Assembly: GCA_946965045.2 (NCBI GenBank)
Contig: OX337230.1
Span: 3,906,001-3,970,000 of the forward strand
Source of the DNA: Epithemia pelagica
Lineage: Eukaryota; Protista; Bacillariophyta
Length of the DNA: 64,000 nt
Reading direction: 5' to 3'
Under the pieces are notes generated by a model. The model was not told where the DNA came from. It did no database searches and saw nothing but the letters and a program-made list of their open reading frames with translations. Both the position numbers and the translations under genes were made by a program. Positions 11,031 through 22,000 of the stretch are shown here, piece after piece (within the stretch, counting starts at the first letter, position 1; each line of letters begins with the position of its first letter).

Positions 11031-11830
11031 TGGAGGAACGAATTCCTGAAGAGGCCGTTCCTGAACAGGATTACATGATTGATGTAAGCTATGAGATGGA
11101 ACAAGTTGAACTTGCTATGCAATCTGCAACGGAGGAAGGGCATTTTCTGGGGCGTCAGTGGTTGTTTCAAGGACGAGATTTGCGGGCGGAAGTTCGCTTG
11201 TCTTCACCCGAACGTCCGCTCGATGTCCACACCTACTTACGAGGAAACAATTGCCAATCCTTCGCCCATAATCGCCATCCCTTTGTGGCTGCTTTATATT
11301 TGTTGCGAGAGGCGGACGGAGGATCAGCTGTTTACATTTCGGCTCCTTTTTTGACAGACACGTACTTTGTCGACGAGTTGTGTCATTTTGCCAAGCCCAT
11401 CGAGGACGGAGGACGCTCACTACAAGTCCATCTTTTGCTAGGACCAGCGGTGTTCAATGAAACTGTGATCAGTCGTTTTATTGGCACAAGCCAAGTCCGT
11501 TTTGAATCTATTTCGCGTTTGAGCTTGAGGCGTTATGGGATTGACAACCCTGTACAAAATAGCGCGTACATGCACACAGAAGTATTAATCTCTACGGCCG
11601 GAACTATGATCGGCTCATACAATTATACGTTTGCTTCAAGATTCCGCCATCGTGAGGATGGCATCGTCATTGAAAATGGATCCATGGCCGACCGATATCG
11701 AGAACGCTTTCGGGACGTATGGAATATTTCTACTGTCTACACGCCACGTCGACCTCCGGACGAACCGAACGATGAATATTCCAAGGAACCTGGTTTTGTG
11801 CCGGAAGCGAAACGAGCGAAATATTCTTAA
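10940..11830 (+). CDS. PLD-superfamily (Nuc/Zucchini-like) single-domain protein fused to the MFRYLPK leader; HKD motif degenerate
   Basis: VYISAPFLTD (typical PLD N-terminal strand) and YMHTEVLISTAGTMIGSYNYT..HREDGIVI, which aligns with HxK(x4)D(x6)GSxN..E. C-terminus is EAKRAKYS. Confidence 0.72.
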   Translation: MFRYLPKRISHSRVKHCCARLCVSGHRTKSMEERIPEEAVPEQDYMIDVSYEMEQVELAMQSATEEGHFLGRQWLFQGRDLRAEVRLSSPERPLDVHTYLRGNNCQSFAHNRHPFVAALYLLREADGGSAVYISAPFLTDTYFVDELCHFAKPIEDGGRSLQVHLLLGPAVFNETVISRFIGTSQVRFESISRLSLRRYGIDNPVQNSAYMHTEVLISTAGTMIGSYNYTFASRFRHREDGIVIENGSMADRYRERFRDVWNISTVYTPRRPPDEPNDEYSKEPGFVPEAKRAKYS

Positions 11831-11869
11831 TATAATAAAATCGTCCGGCTTCTGATTTTTGTTTGTGCC

Positions 11870-12286
11870 TACGCCGCCGAGAATGGGCATTTGAAGGTGC
11901 TGCAGTGGGCAAGAGCGAACAGATGTCCATGGGACGAAGACATTTGTGCCTTTGCCGCCAGTAATGGGCATTTGGAGGCTTTGCAGTGGGCCAGAGCCAA
12001 TGGTTGCCCGTGGACTGACTACACTTGTACCTGCGCCGCCGAGGGTGGGAATTTGGAGGTGCTAAAGTGGGCAAGAGCCAATGATTGTCCATGGAACTCG
12101 AGCACTTGTACCGAGGCCGCTAGGAATGGGCATTTGGAGGTGTTGCAGTGGGCCAGAGCCAATGGTTGCCTGTGGAACGAAGACACTTGTACCTGGGTCG
12201 CCGAGAATGGGCATTTGAAGGTGCTGCAGTGGGCAAGAGCCAATGATTGTCGATGGTACCATCCATTGATCGCTCGGAGAATGTAG
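11870..12286 (+). pseudogene. Ankyrin-like GHLEVLQWARANGCPW repeat fragment (about 5.5 repeats of 25 aa), 5' truncated
   Basis: Repeats of AAxNGHLEVLQWARANGCPW. No clear ATG start; it begins about 40 bp after the PLD stop. Confidence 0.75.
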
Positions 12287-13569
12287 GGTCATCCGTGTCC
12301 TGGTAATGTATCGCACCATGAAACCTAGTATAGAGAGCCTCTATGTTCATCGTTTCAAGTTTCTCCGAAATCGAGGAAAAACGTTTCATATATTCTGAAA
12401 TATACAGAATTAATGAGATGAATACAGTTTGGAACAAGTCAAACGATAACAGTTGTATTACCGCGCCTACCTTCACAACTATGCCACTGCATATAATTCT
12501 GTTGAAACAATTCACACGGTAGCTTCAGAAATTTGAACGAGAAAAGCTTCAACCCACCACTCATGTCATACACAAACTGGGCTAAAGGAGTCCTCTTCAC
12601 GCGAGGTGAATGGAACCTGGGATCCTTTTCTTGATTCTTGTACAGCCGTAACTCGATACCAATGGGGCGGAATATAAGATTTCGTCCGCAAACCGCACTT
12701 CCAGGATTGAGACCATCAGGTATGGCTGTCACTGCATCCTTGTGATTTACGATTCTAAGGTGCATGATCCTACCCTGTCTCTCCAGTTCATAAAAGGCAC
12801 GTGCGGTCTCAAGGTTCCCCCATCTTGGTGAGGCAAACGAGCAGCAGTAGATGGGCTTTGGAATTTCATCACCTGAAGTGGCACCAAGCCAGAAAGTGAA
12901 GAGCGAAGCAAGAGCACCTACATCACGATGCGTGATGAGTAAAAGAAGCGCACCCGTCCTCTCCTATTTCACGATCTTTTGAAACTTACCGCCAAGGCTA
13001 TGCCCCGTCACGTGAATATTGAAACCAGGATGAGTCTCCAGCAATTGGAGCAAATGGCCAAGGATGACATCATACTTGTGGGTGTTTTGCCCACGTGTGC
13101 TAAATAAATAATTGTAGAACCCGTGATGGATGCCAATATGGGTTCCTTGTTTTATTGATGTATGGCAGCCTTCCAGTGGATTGGCAATTCGTGTTACAAA
13201 CGCATCAGCATCAACACACCAATCAGTGATTGTCACTGAGCCACGGAATGTCACTCGAATGGACTTTTCTACCCTGTGAAGTCCAACACAACAATGCTGA
13301 GGTTTCCATACGTATCGCAACAAATTTCAAATGAGGATTGCCATATAGGACACTTACTTGTCGACCGAAATACAGTACACGAGACTATTTTGCTCATTCT
13401 CATCATCAAAGACTACGATCATTTGTGCATCACGTAGCCTGGGTTTGTATACAAATGAGTCATACAGACCAAAGAATATGTCAATAGAATGGACGGTGAG
13501 AGTCACATGATATGAAAAACATATTTTTGGTTTGTATGAACAGTTCAGGAATGAGAAAGGATTTTTCAA
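12120..13569 (-). CDS. Class 3 lipase, multi-exon (boundaries approximate, 5' exons unresolved)
   Basis: VTFRGS..DW, IHHGFYNYL, VTGHSLGG|ALA, SFASPRWGN and RIVNHKDAVTAIP. Several GTAAG..AG introns. Confidence 0.75.
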
Positions 13570-15024
13570 TAATGGAGGAATGATGATAGTGCTTTATGAT
13601 GCCGCCATTCTACAAAAGGTTTCGGTAGTGAATCATGGTGTTTCAGAAGAAATATAACAGCAGAGGCAGGCATGGCAAGAATATTAAAAAGTCCAACAAG
13701 TTTACCCCATGGGACATGGCATGGGACATGGATTATGATGATGGTGTCAAGAATGGATATCATGAACGTCTTTTTATGAGAAATCGGGAGTTGAATTTTG
13801 GACCACAATTTGTTTTCTCATTTAGATATGAAAGAAGGGAAGGAGAAACTTAAGTTTCATAATGGAAAACCCATTATGCCTTTGTTGTGTGTGCAATGTG
13901 TGTGGGTGTTTCGCCTTGCCGTTCCACAAAAGACCCAATTTGCATTGCCCGCCCCCATTAAAGATGTTTATGCTTTTTCCAAATGAATCTCTATCGTATC
14001 CTCGGTGAATGTTTACAAACTTCAATATTCCATCCTTCTTCGATTTTCTTCCGTTTTTGTTCAACATGTTTACGGCTATGATGATCGTACTCGTCCTCGT
14101 TATCATCATGAAAAGTCTGCCTTTTTTACATCATCATCATCTTTCACCAATAATGCATATCTTAACAAGAAGACAAGCAATATTCAAAACAATAGAAAGT
14201 TCAACCATAGGTGGCCAGTACTTAATTTTCCAATATCATCGGAGACTACGACTACGACGACGAGTGTGCAGTTATTTCCAGGAAGTAGAAAACGATGTCA
14301 ACAACAACATCACCTATCATTTGATGGTCTACAGATTTCTTCCTCATTTGATCGTTTGGAACGTAGCTGTCGCAGTTCGATGAGTGCCCGAAAAGATGGC
14401 AGCGACGACGCTGGTAGTGATGGCGGCGGCGGTAACGTAGTAATTCTACATCCGCTCGGCGGAGTGGGGAGGCACGAGGAGGGGCTATTGACTCCGAGAA
14501 GGGCAATAGCTCCGAGAAGTGGACCGCCTTCTAAATCCGCGTCAGCGGATTTGGCGGTCCACGACGAGGAGCTATTGCCCGCCGAGGAGTCAATAGCCTT
14601 GGCAAGTGCCCCCACGACCAAGAGGGGATGTCGCTTGCTTCTATAGCCTCCGAGTCCCCCCTAATTAACTGTCACACTTTTTTCCCAGGACTGTTTTTTT
14701 GCTCCGCACTAGCTTTTTTAGCTCCGCACTTGCTCGCGTATGGGAGCGCAGCCGTCGTGGGCAATATAAGGCTTTATTAGACGAAAATCCTACTTCCATT
14801 CCGAGGAGCTATAGTAGAACTCTACATGAATAATACGTTCTTCATGGATTCGCCTTCACTATAGTCGATGACCTTTCAATTGCTTTTTTCTTTTGAGGTG
14901 CACCGAATTATGGAATTCCGATATTGTGGAGTTCATAGAGGGTTTCTCCTACAGTGAGAAAGTACATCAAGGATCAAGTTACATCATTCGCATGCCCGAA
15001 AGATACCCTGATGGACAATGAACC

Positions 15025-15662
15025 ATGAACTCCAAGTCCTTGCTATTATGCGTCCCCCTTGCCTTTTGTTTCCACGAAACTTTCTCGTTCCATGTGCAAT
15101 TCATTCCTCAATCCCTCGGTGCAAATAATGTCAGGAGATTCTTTTCTGCACCAAATCCTGTAGCTTCTGTCGAAAAAGAAGATTCCGAGGCTCGTCCAAA
15201 GCGGACCAAATTATCTCGTCCAGAGCGCAAAGCCTTGGAACGTGCAAGGAAAGCCAAAGCCTCATCGCCACAAGACGGCAATCGCAAAAGACAAACTTCC
15301 AAGGTCGATTCTCCCGAATTGACGGCCGAATCCACGTCCGAGCAGGTGTTGACGGCCATTAAGTGAGCCCAAAATAGTCGAGATACGGCTCAACTCAAGA
15401 GAATTGCAAAATTGTTGTTGGAGACGACAAATGACTCGTTTATGGCCAATGGTTCCCAAGGATCCTTGTTATCGCGACTGACCGTGGCGGCCTTGCGTCT
15501 CAACAATCATGCAATCGCCATGGACGCCATCTCCTATCGTCAAAATCAGTTTCGCAATGACATGAATCCTCTGGAAAGTTGTGCGATTGTACGAAATCTA
15601 TTGCGCGCTGGAAATGAAACAGAGGCGTACCAAATCCTCGAGGAGGAATTATCGTTGCCCAT
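15025..15662 (+). pseudogene. 5' half of an EngB/YihA-family GTPase gene (plastid-type bipartite leader), interrupted by the copia element
   Basis: Signal peptide ...HETFS-FHVQ and an in-frame TGA at 15364. Removing the element restores LSLP-MISTNED in frame with 24712. Confidence 0.8.
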
Positions 15663-16041
15663 AGTCAAAGTACACAGGATACTCTGTAGTAGCTAGGGGC
15701 AGTACCTATATTGGCGTGGAGGTGATCAAGTCTCCACGACAATACACTATAGAAGTTGTTTCACAACTTTCTGTTTGTTGATACTATAAGCTCTAGGTTT
15801 AGGAACTACATTCGATTCCTCATTTGATTCCTCACGAGGAATCAATTCCTCATTTACTCATGGAGGTTAGTTTGGAACCATTGATGCCAATGGCTAGAGC
15901 TTGGTTACTATGCGACGGGCAATGCCTTCTCTGGTAGTAAGGCATTGCTCTTGGATACATAGTGGGGACACGATTCTATGTCTCACAGATTCGAATCGTG
16001 ACTGCCATATCGCCTGTCCGTCACACTGATTAACCGCGACT
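15663..16041 (-). repeat. 3' LTR
   Basis: 379 bp, one mismatch seen versus 24330-24708. Confidence 0.95.
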
Positions 16042-16082
16042 CTCCCTCTTGACAAGGGCGATATCTTTTCAAACACAGTCAA

Positions 16083-19000
16083 TCACCAACCTTGATTCAG
16101 TTTCCGAATCCTCTCAAAAACATCACGGCAGAGTCCTTTGGTAAGATAGTCCGCTCGTTGCATCGTTGTTTCGATCTTGGAGATTCTAACTGTTGCATTC
16201 GTCCCTTTCACAGCTTCCCAGAACCAGTGGTATTTGTTGTTGAGGGATCTGGAACGGGACGAGAGGCGCTGGTTGTTGGCAAGAAGATACGCGCTGTTGT
16301 TGTCCTCATGGACTTCAGCAAAGATGGTTGGGGAGTCGTTGCCGAGGTCAAGGTGGTGGTTGATCTCGAACAAGATGTCTTGGAGCCACACAACAACACG
16401 CATGCTTTGCGAAAGCGCGACGTATTCGGCGTGGAAGGTACTGGTGGCAATCTCACTTTGGAGCTGAGATTTCCAGACCAAGGGACAGCCGCCAAAATGG
16501 ATGATGTATCCAGTGCATGATTTGGCACTGATCGATTCGTCCTCGGATTCACGGCCATGGAGGCCCATGAAATCCGCATCCACATAGCAATCAACCTTGA
16601 AGGCGGTTGTTGGCCGAAAAATTGTCCCGCAATCTACAGTTCTCCAGAGGTATCGGACAATCATTTTGATGGCTTGGGCATGGGATTGTTTCGGGTTGGT
16701 TGAAAAGCGAGCGACTTGGGAGACGGCAAAACTGATATCTGGCCGTGTGTTGGTGGAAAGGTAAAGGAGCATGCCGACGATGGAACGGTAGTTCCATTTT
16801 TCTTTCATCGGTGGTCCATCAGGGTCACTGCCAAGGCACACTTGGGAGGCTGGCACAAAGTTGCCATTGCAATTTGTCATGCCTGTGGCCTCAACGATCT
16901 TCTTAATGAGCCCTGGTTGGGTCATTGTAATTGTTCCATCTTTCCGAGTGAAATGGATGCCCAAGTACTCAGCAAAATCACTGTCCACGGAGAGCTCGAA
17001 TCCTCGAGCCTTGAGTCGTTTCACAAATTCGTTGATTGCGTCCATCGTCGGAGCGATAATACCACAATCATCCACCCAGAGAAACACCATCATGTTTTCC
17101 TTGAGGAAGACACATTCGTCGAGTTTGCTCTGGGTGAAGCCGTCGTCGAGCAAGGCTTGTCGGAGACGTTGGTACCACAACCGAGGTGCGACCGAGAGTC
17201 CATAAAGGCTCTTGTGGAGTCGGAGACAGGTTTTGGTGGTCTTGGTGGAGGAGAAACCGCGCGGGATGTGGATCCAAACAGGATCTTTTAACTCGGCCTG
17301 GACGAAGGCATTGTTGAAATCGATGCAAACCATTGCCCAGTTGCGAGCCAGGGCGAGTACCAAAGCAATACGGATCGAGGCCCAATTGACGACGGGTGAG
17401 TAGGTGTCGAAGTCGCCTTCTTGGAGATCCCCACGGACACAGTATCTGGCCTTGTATTTCTTGATGGTTCCGTCTGGGTGGCGCTTGCGCTTGAAGACCC
17501 AGGTACCAGGGATGATTCTTGATGTTGCTTCTTCCTCTGGAACCTCACTCCATGTTCCCTTGCTAGTTAATTCTTCAATTTCTATTCTAGCCGCTTCTCT
17601 CCAATGGTCGATATCCTTGTCTTGTCTTGCTTGTTCGTAGGACAGAGTGTCTGGATCTGAAATGGCAACCTTGAATCCACTGATGTCATCGAATTCGGCT
17701 TGATTGGCGACATAGGATTGTTGGGCGGCGTCCATATTCTCGATGAGACGACTTGGTGAACGACGGACACGGTTGGATCGTCGAGCAGATGGTGCGTCGG
17801 AAGGAGGATCGCTTGGTGGCTCCCTCTGAGAAGGCGGCTCCCTCTGAGAGGAGGGCTGTCTCGAGGAGAGAGACTCCCTCTGAGGAGAAGAGGGATGGGA
17901 GGCTGGTGCCACACGGAGAGGCGACAGTGGTGCTGGATTCTCCCTCTGTTCCGAGTGCACAGGGACAGGAGACGACGGGGAAGGCAAAACGAGCGGTTCC
18001 GAGAAGGAAACAGCAGGTTTTGGCTTTGGAGGTGTCGCCGCGTGCGGAGGGACATCGCGCACTGGCGTGTTTGGAGGTGGCACGGGAGGCGGAGAAGGGA
18101 GTGGGTCACTAGCCGACGGGGCAAGACGAGACGAAGCAGTCGTGGAGGGCTGGGTGGTGGGAGTGGCTGGGGGAGTTCTGGGGACAGAGACAGCTGGCGT
18201 GTCAACAGAAAGAGGGACAGACGGAACAGTTCGTTCCATAGACGTAAAAATATTGTCTTCAGAACGATGGTTGACAGCAGCAAGTGGTGCACTGGTGACA
18301 GCGTCGTCCACACAGTCATCGTTGTCGTACCCCGGTGAGTGCAGATGATTGGTCATGTCGCCAAAGACACTGTCAAGTCTGGAGATGTCTTCTGTGTTGT
18401 TGTTGTCTGCTGGAGTTGGCACCGTTGCAAACCAATCGTCGAAGACGACATGGTACTGCGGTGTGATGGCGCCCGTGGAAAGATTCAAAACGAGTGGTGC
18501 TGTGGTGGCATGGTTGGGAGAAAGTCCCATGTTCATCCCTCGTTGTGATCTTGGTTTCCATCTTGGCAGTTTCTTACCGTCTGCAATCCGTTTTTCCAGG
18601 ACGTACACGGGTGCTCCCCAGACATGAAGATCGTGTAGCCGTTTTTGTGGCCATCTCGTTCTTGAAAAGATATCGTGGGGTGAGACGCCAGTGGACGGAT
18701 TGGGAACGTGGTTGAAGACAAAGACGGCGTGGGAGACCGCCATGGGCCAGAGGGTGGGATCCGCTGTCTCAGGCCAGTGGATGCTGGCGTGGAGCATCAT
18801 CGTCCGAGCCATCGACATGATGGTTTGGATGGCTCGTTCGGCGACGCCATTCTGGTGATGGGCGCCTACTCCAGCGTAGGACCGAATCTGGGCAAAGGTT
18901 TCGAGTTGCCTGGTGTAGTCTTGTGCAGTGAAACAGCTGCCGTTGTCAGTGTGGTATCGTTGGGGAACGACACCCACATCCTTGCAACGTTGCTCGAAGG

Positions 19001-22000
19001 TAAGTTTGGCATGCAAAGTCTCGTGAGTGTTGATGTGGCCGCTGGCGTGATCAACAAAGATGCATCCTCCGCAAAACATTTTCTCATCTTTTGTCTTTCC
19101 TTTCGACATAAACAATCTACCTTTCGTGGAGCAAATAAAGTGGTCCACCGACACACTTTGGCCCGGAAACAGGTCGTTGTTTTTGAGGGCACCGTCACGG
19201 TCGAGAACTTTGGTGACTGTTTGTCCTGGTGTTGACCGTTGTCGTTGCTTGCCGTATTGACAGGCGGCACACATGGGCGGACTCCGTAGTTTGCAGATGG
19301 CTGTGTGCAACTGACGGTTTGACGCAGAACGTGACAATACACCGGATTTAAAAAGGAATTGGATGGTCCGAAAGTTCATGTGGCAAAGTCGTTGGTGCCA
19401 CCGAAGCCATTCCTTCTGTGGTTCGGTCAAGTTCAAGTTTCGTTCGCGGACGACGGTGACAGTGGTCACGAGTGCTCGGATGGATCGGTGGATTCCATCT
19501 TTTCCATAGCCATAGCAGGTGGGAAGGTTGTTGGTCGGATTGATGGTGGCAAAGACCGGGGTCCGATTGGAGTCGTCTTGTATCCCGCTGAGAGTTAATC
19601 CGCAGTCTTGAAGGGTGATGGTTTCTCCGGGGTATTGTTGGAGGAGATGTGTTGTGCTCAACAATCTACAATTGGCCGATGGGATGAACAAGGCCAAGAG
19701 TTTGAGGGTGCGGAGATTGCCTCTGGTGTCCATGACGGACCAGTGGACGGTGCCGAGTCCGTTGATTGGGACGCCTTGGGCAACACCTTTGAGTTGCAGG
19801 TCTGGTCGTACTTTTCGGATCGATCCAACAAAATCGGACTTGGTGTTTGACACAGCAATACTCGCTCCAGAGTCCCAGATGATGGGGAAACTGGATGAGT
19901 TTTGGTTTTCCATGGCGGATCTGAATTTGGCTGGAGCTTGGAGGGCCATTTTCAAGGCTTCACTTTCTCCGAGTTGGTTAATGAGGGCGCAAAGTTGAGG
20001 TTCGGAGATGGAGTCTTGATGGGATGGTCCATGGGTGTGCTGCTGGTTGCCTCGTCGTTGGCGTCGTCGGTGTCGAATGGAACGGTTTGGATGGCGTGCC
20101 CTCTGTGGAGCACCATTGTTTGGTGGACTCTCTCCCTCTGGTGTGGAGCAGAGGTTGGGGTAGTGGTGGATCCACCATGTACGAAATGACGCAACAAACC
20201 AGTCGGCCAGAGAAGAGCATGCACGTGATGAAGCATGGCTCATCATTGGGTGTGCCCAAGGGTGCCGGCGAGGACGGAGATGGTGTTTGGAGCGGGGAAG
20301 GAACCGATGTGTGAGGAGAAATTCACCAATCCACGAGAGGGTCAAGGGGATACAGCAGCCATAGTACCACAGATGGTGGAGAAGGACGGTTGGATGGAGC
20401 CATGAAAGGGAGGCCACGATAAGAGCAGAAAACGAAACAATCAAACTGAATTGGGAGGCCAAGGGATCTTGGTGCCGATTCCGAGGATATCGTGGTCGGG
20501 AGACAGGGGGACGCCTCGACGGTGGTTGTTTGTTTGGTTGGGTGGTTGGTTGAACACATGCTAAGTTGGCATGAGGTTCGAACTTAATTCGTTTGCTCGG
20601 GGGTGGATCTGGGATGCACGTGGTTTCACACTGCATTTGGGTGGCCGTGTAGTGGGGATTGGTGGCCATTTCCCAGGCGAAGGTGTACTGGATGCTCAAA
20701 GGAGGATCGAGGGCACCGAGCCTGGAGTTGGGGACGGATTCATCATGGCGGAGAGTCTCGAGATGGAAGCGGACACTTGTTCGGGCTTGCTCGAGTTGGT
20801 CGCGGAGAGGAGAGAGCTGGGAGAGGTCTTCTTCCTTGTTGATGGCCGTGTGCACGTGGATGAGTCGGGCGACGGCTCGTTCCATGCATTGGATGCGGAC
20901 TGCTGGATCGTCGGTGTCGAAGGTACGACGGGGACGGGTCGTGTGAGACGGAGGTGAAGATGGCACAGCAGTTGGCTCGACCGGCGAGTAAAGACCAAGG
21001 GCATTTGTGCGAGGGGTGGTTGGCTCGGCTGGCGCTGCAACAGCTGTTCGCCACGCGTCAAGATGGCGGTTGAACGGAGTTGGAGGGCGGGCCAGTGGTG
21101 CACGTAGGGGGGTTCGGTCTTGGGGAGTACTGATGTCAGCAGAGTCGGTGGTCACACTAATACTACTTATAACAGATACAGTAGATGAATCCAAATTTTC
21201 GGCTGGTGTAGAACCAGTGGCTGCGTCGGTGTCAGAAGCCAAAAGATCGTAGGATGAGTCGTCGTCATTCGAAGGTGGAGTCGAAGATTTGGTTGGTTCC
21301 CCACTGGTGTTGCTGGGAACAGCAGCATCAGATGGGGCATCGGTGTTGTCCTGGGAGGTCGGTCCGCCATTGGAGTCATCGTCTCGATCGGCATCGTAAT
21401 TTGGATCTTGATCGTCGTCGGGAGGAGGATCCGGGGAGTCGTCATCGTCGACAGTGTCATCGTCCTCTTCATCGGCGGAAGTGTTGTCGTTGTCGTCATC
21501 ATCAGGATCATCAGCGGTAGTGGCATCGGCTGGAGCTTGAGGAAGGGAGATGATGAGGGCGGTTGGCGCTGGGACGGGAAGTGACACTTCGATGGTGGTG
21601 GTGGCAGCAGTTTCGTTGGCGGTGGTTGCCGTGGTGGTGCTGGCACCACTATTGACCGTGGACTCGTCGAAGGAGGACGCGTCGGCATGGTGGTGATCAT
21701 GATGGATGGCGTCGTCGGGGTCGATCGGGGTGGTGTCCTCCCCAAGGAAAGGAAAGTTGATGTATTCCAAGGGGAGGCTACCATAGTCGAATTCAAGGGC
21801 CATGGCCGACGGATGGCCGAAAGGACGGCTGAAGGGGACGAAGGGACGGGTGTACGGCGCGGTGGGATGCGGCGTCGTTGGGATGTGGCGGAAGGCAGCT
21901 GCGAAGTTGGCTTCGCGTCGGTGGTCCGTTGAAGTGGGAGTGTTGTGCACTCGAGTGGGGACGGAGGTGATGGACGAGTCGTTGGTGGTGTTGGCCTGTC

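Noticed and set aside
11870-12286. Giant-virus endogenisation
   Set aside because: No viral hallmark genes (capsid, polB, packaging ATPase) nearby, and this ankyrin type is also common in algal genomes.
14005-14646. 213-aa plus-strand ORF
   Set aside because: Low complexity with no motif. It overlaps competing minus-strand ORFs that may be lipase 5' exons, so it is unresolved.
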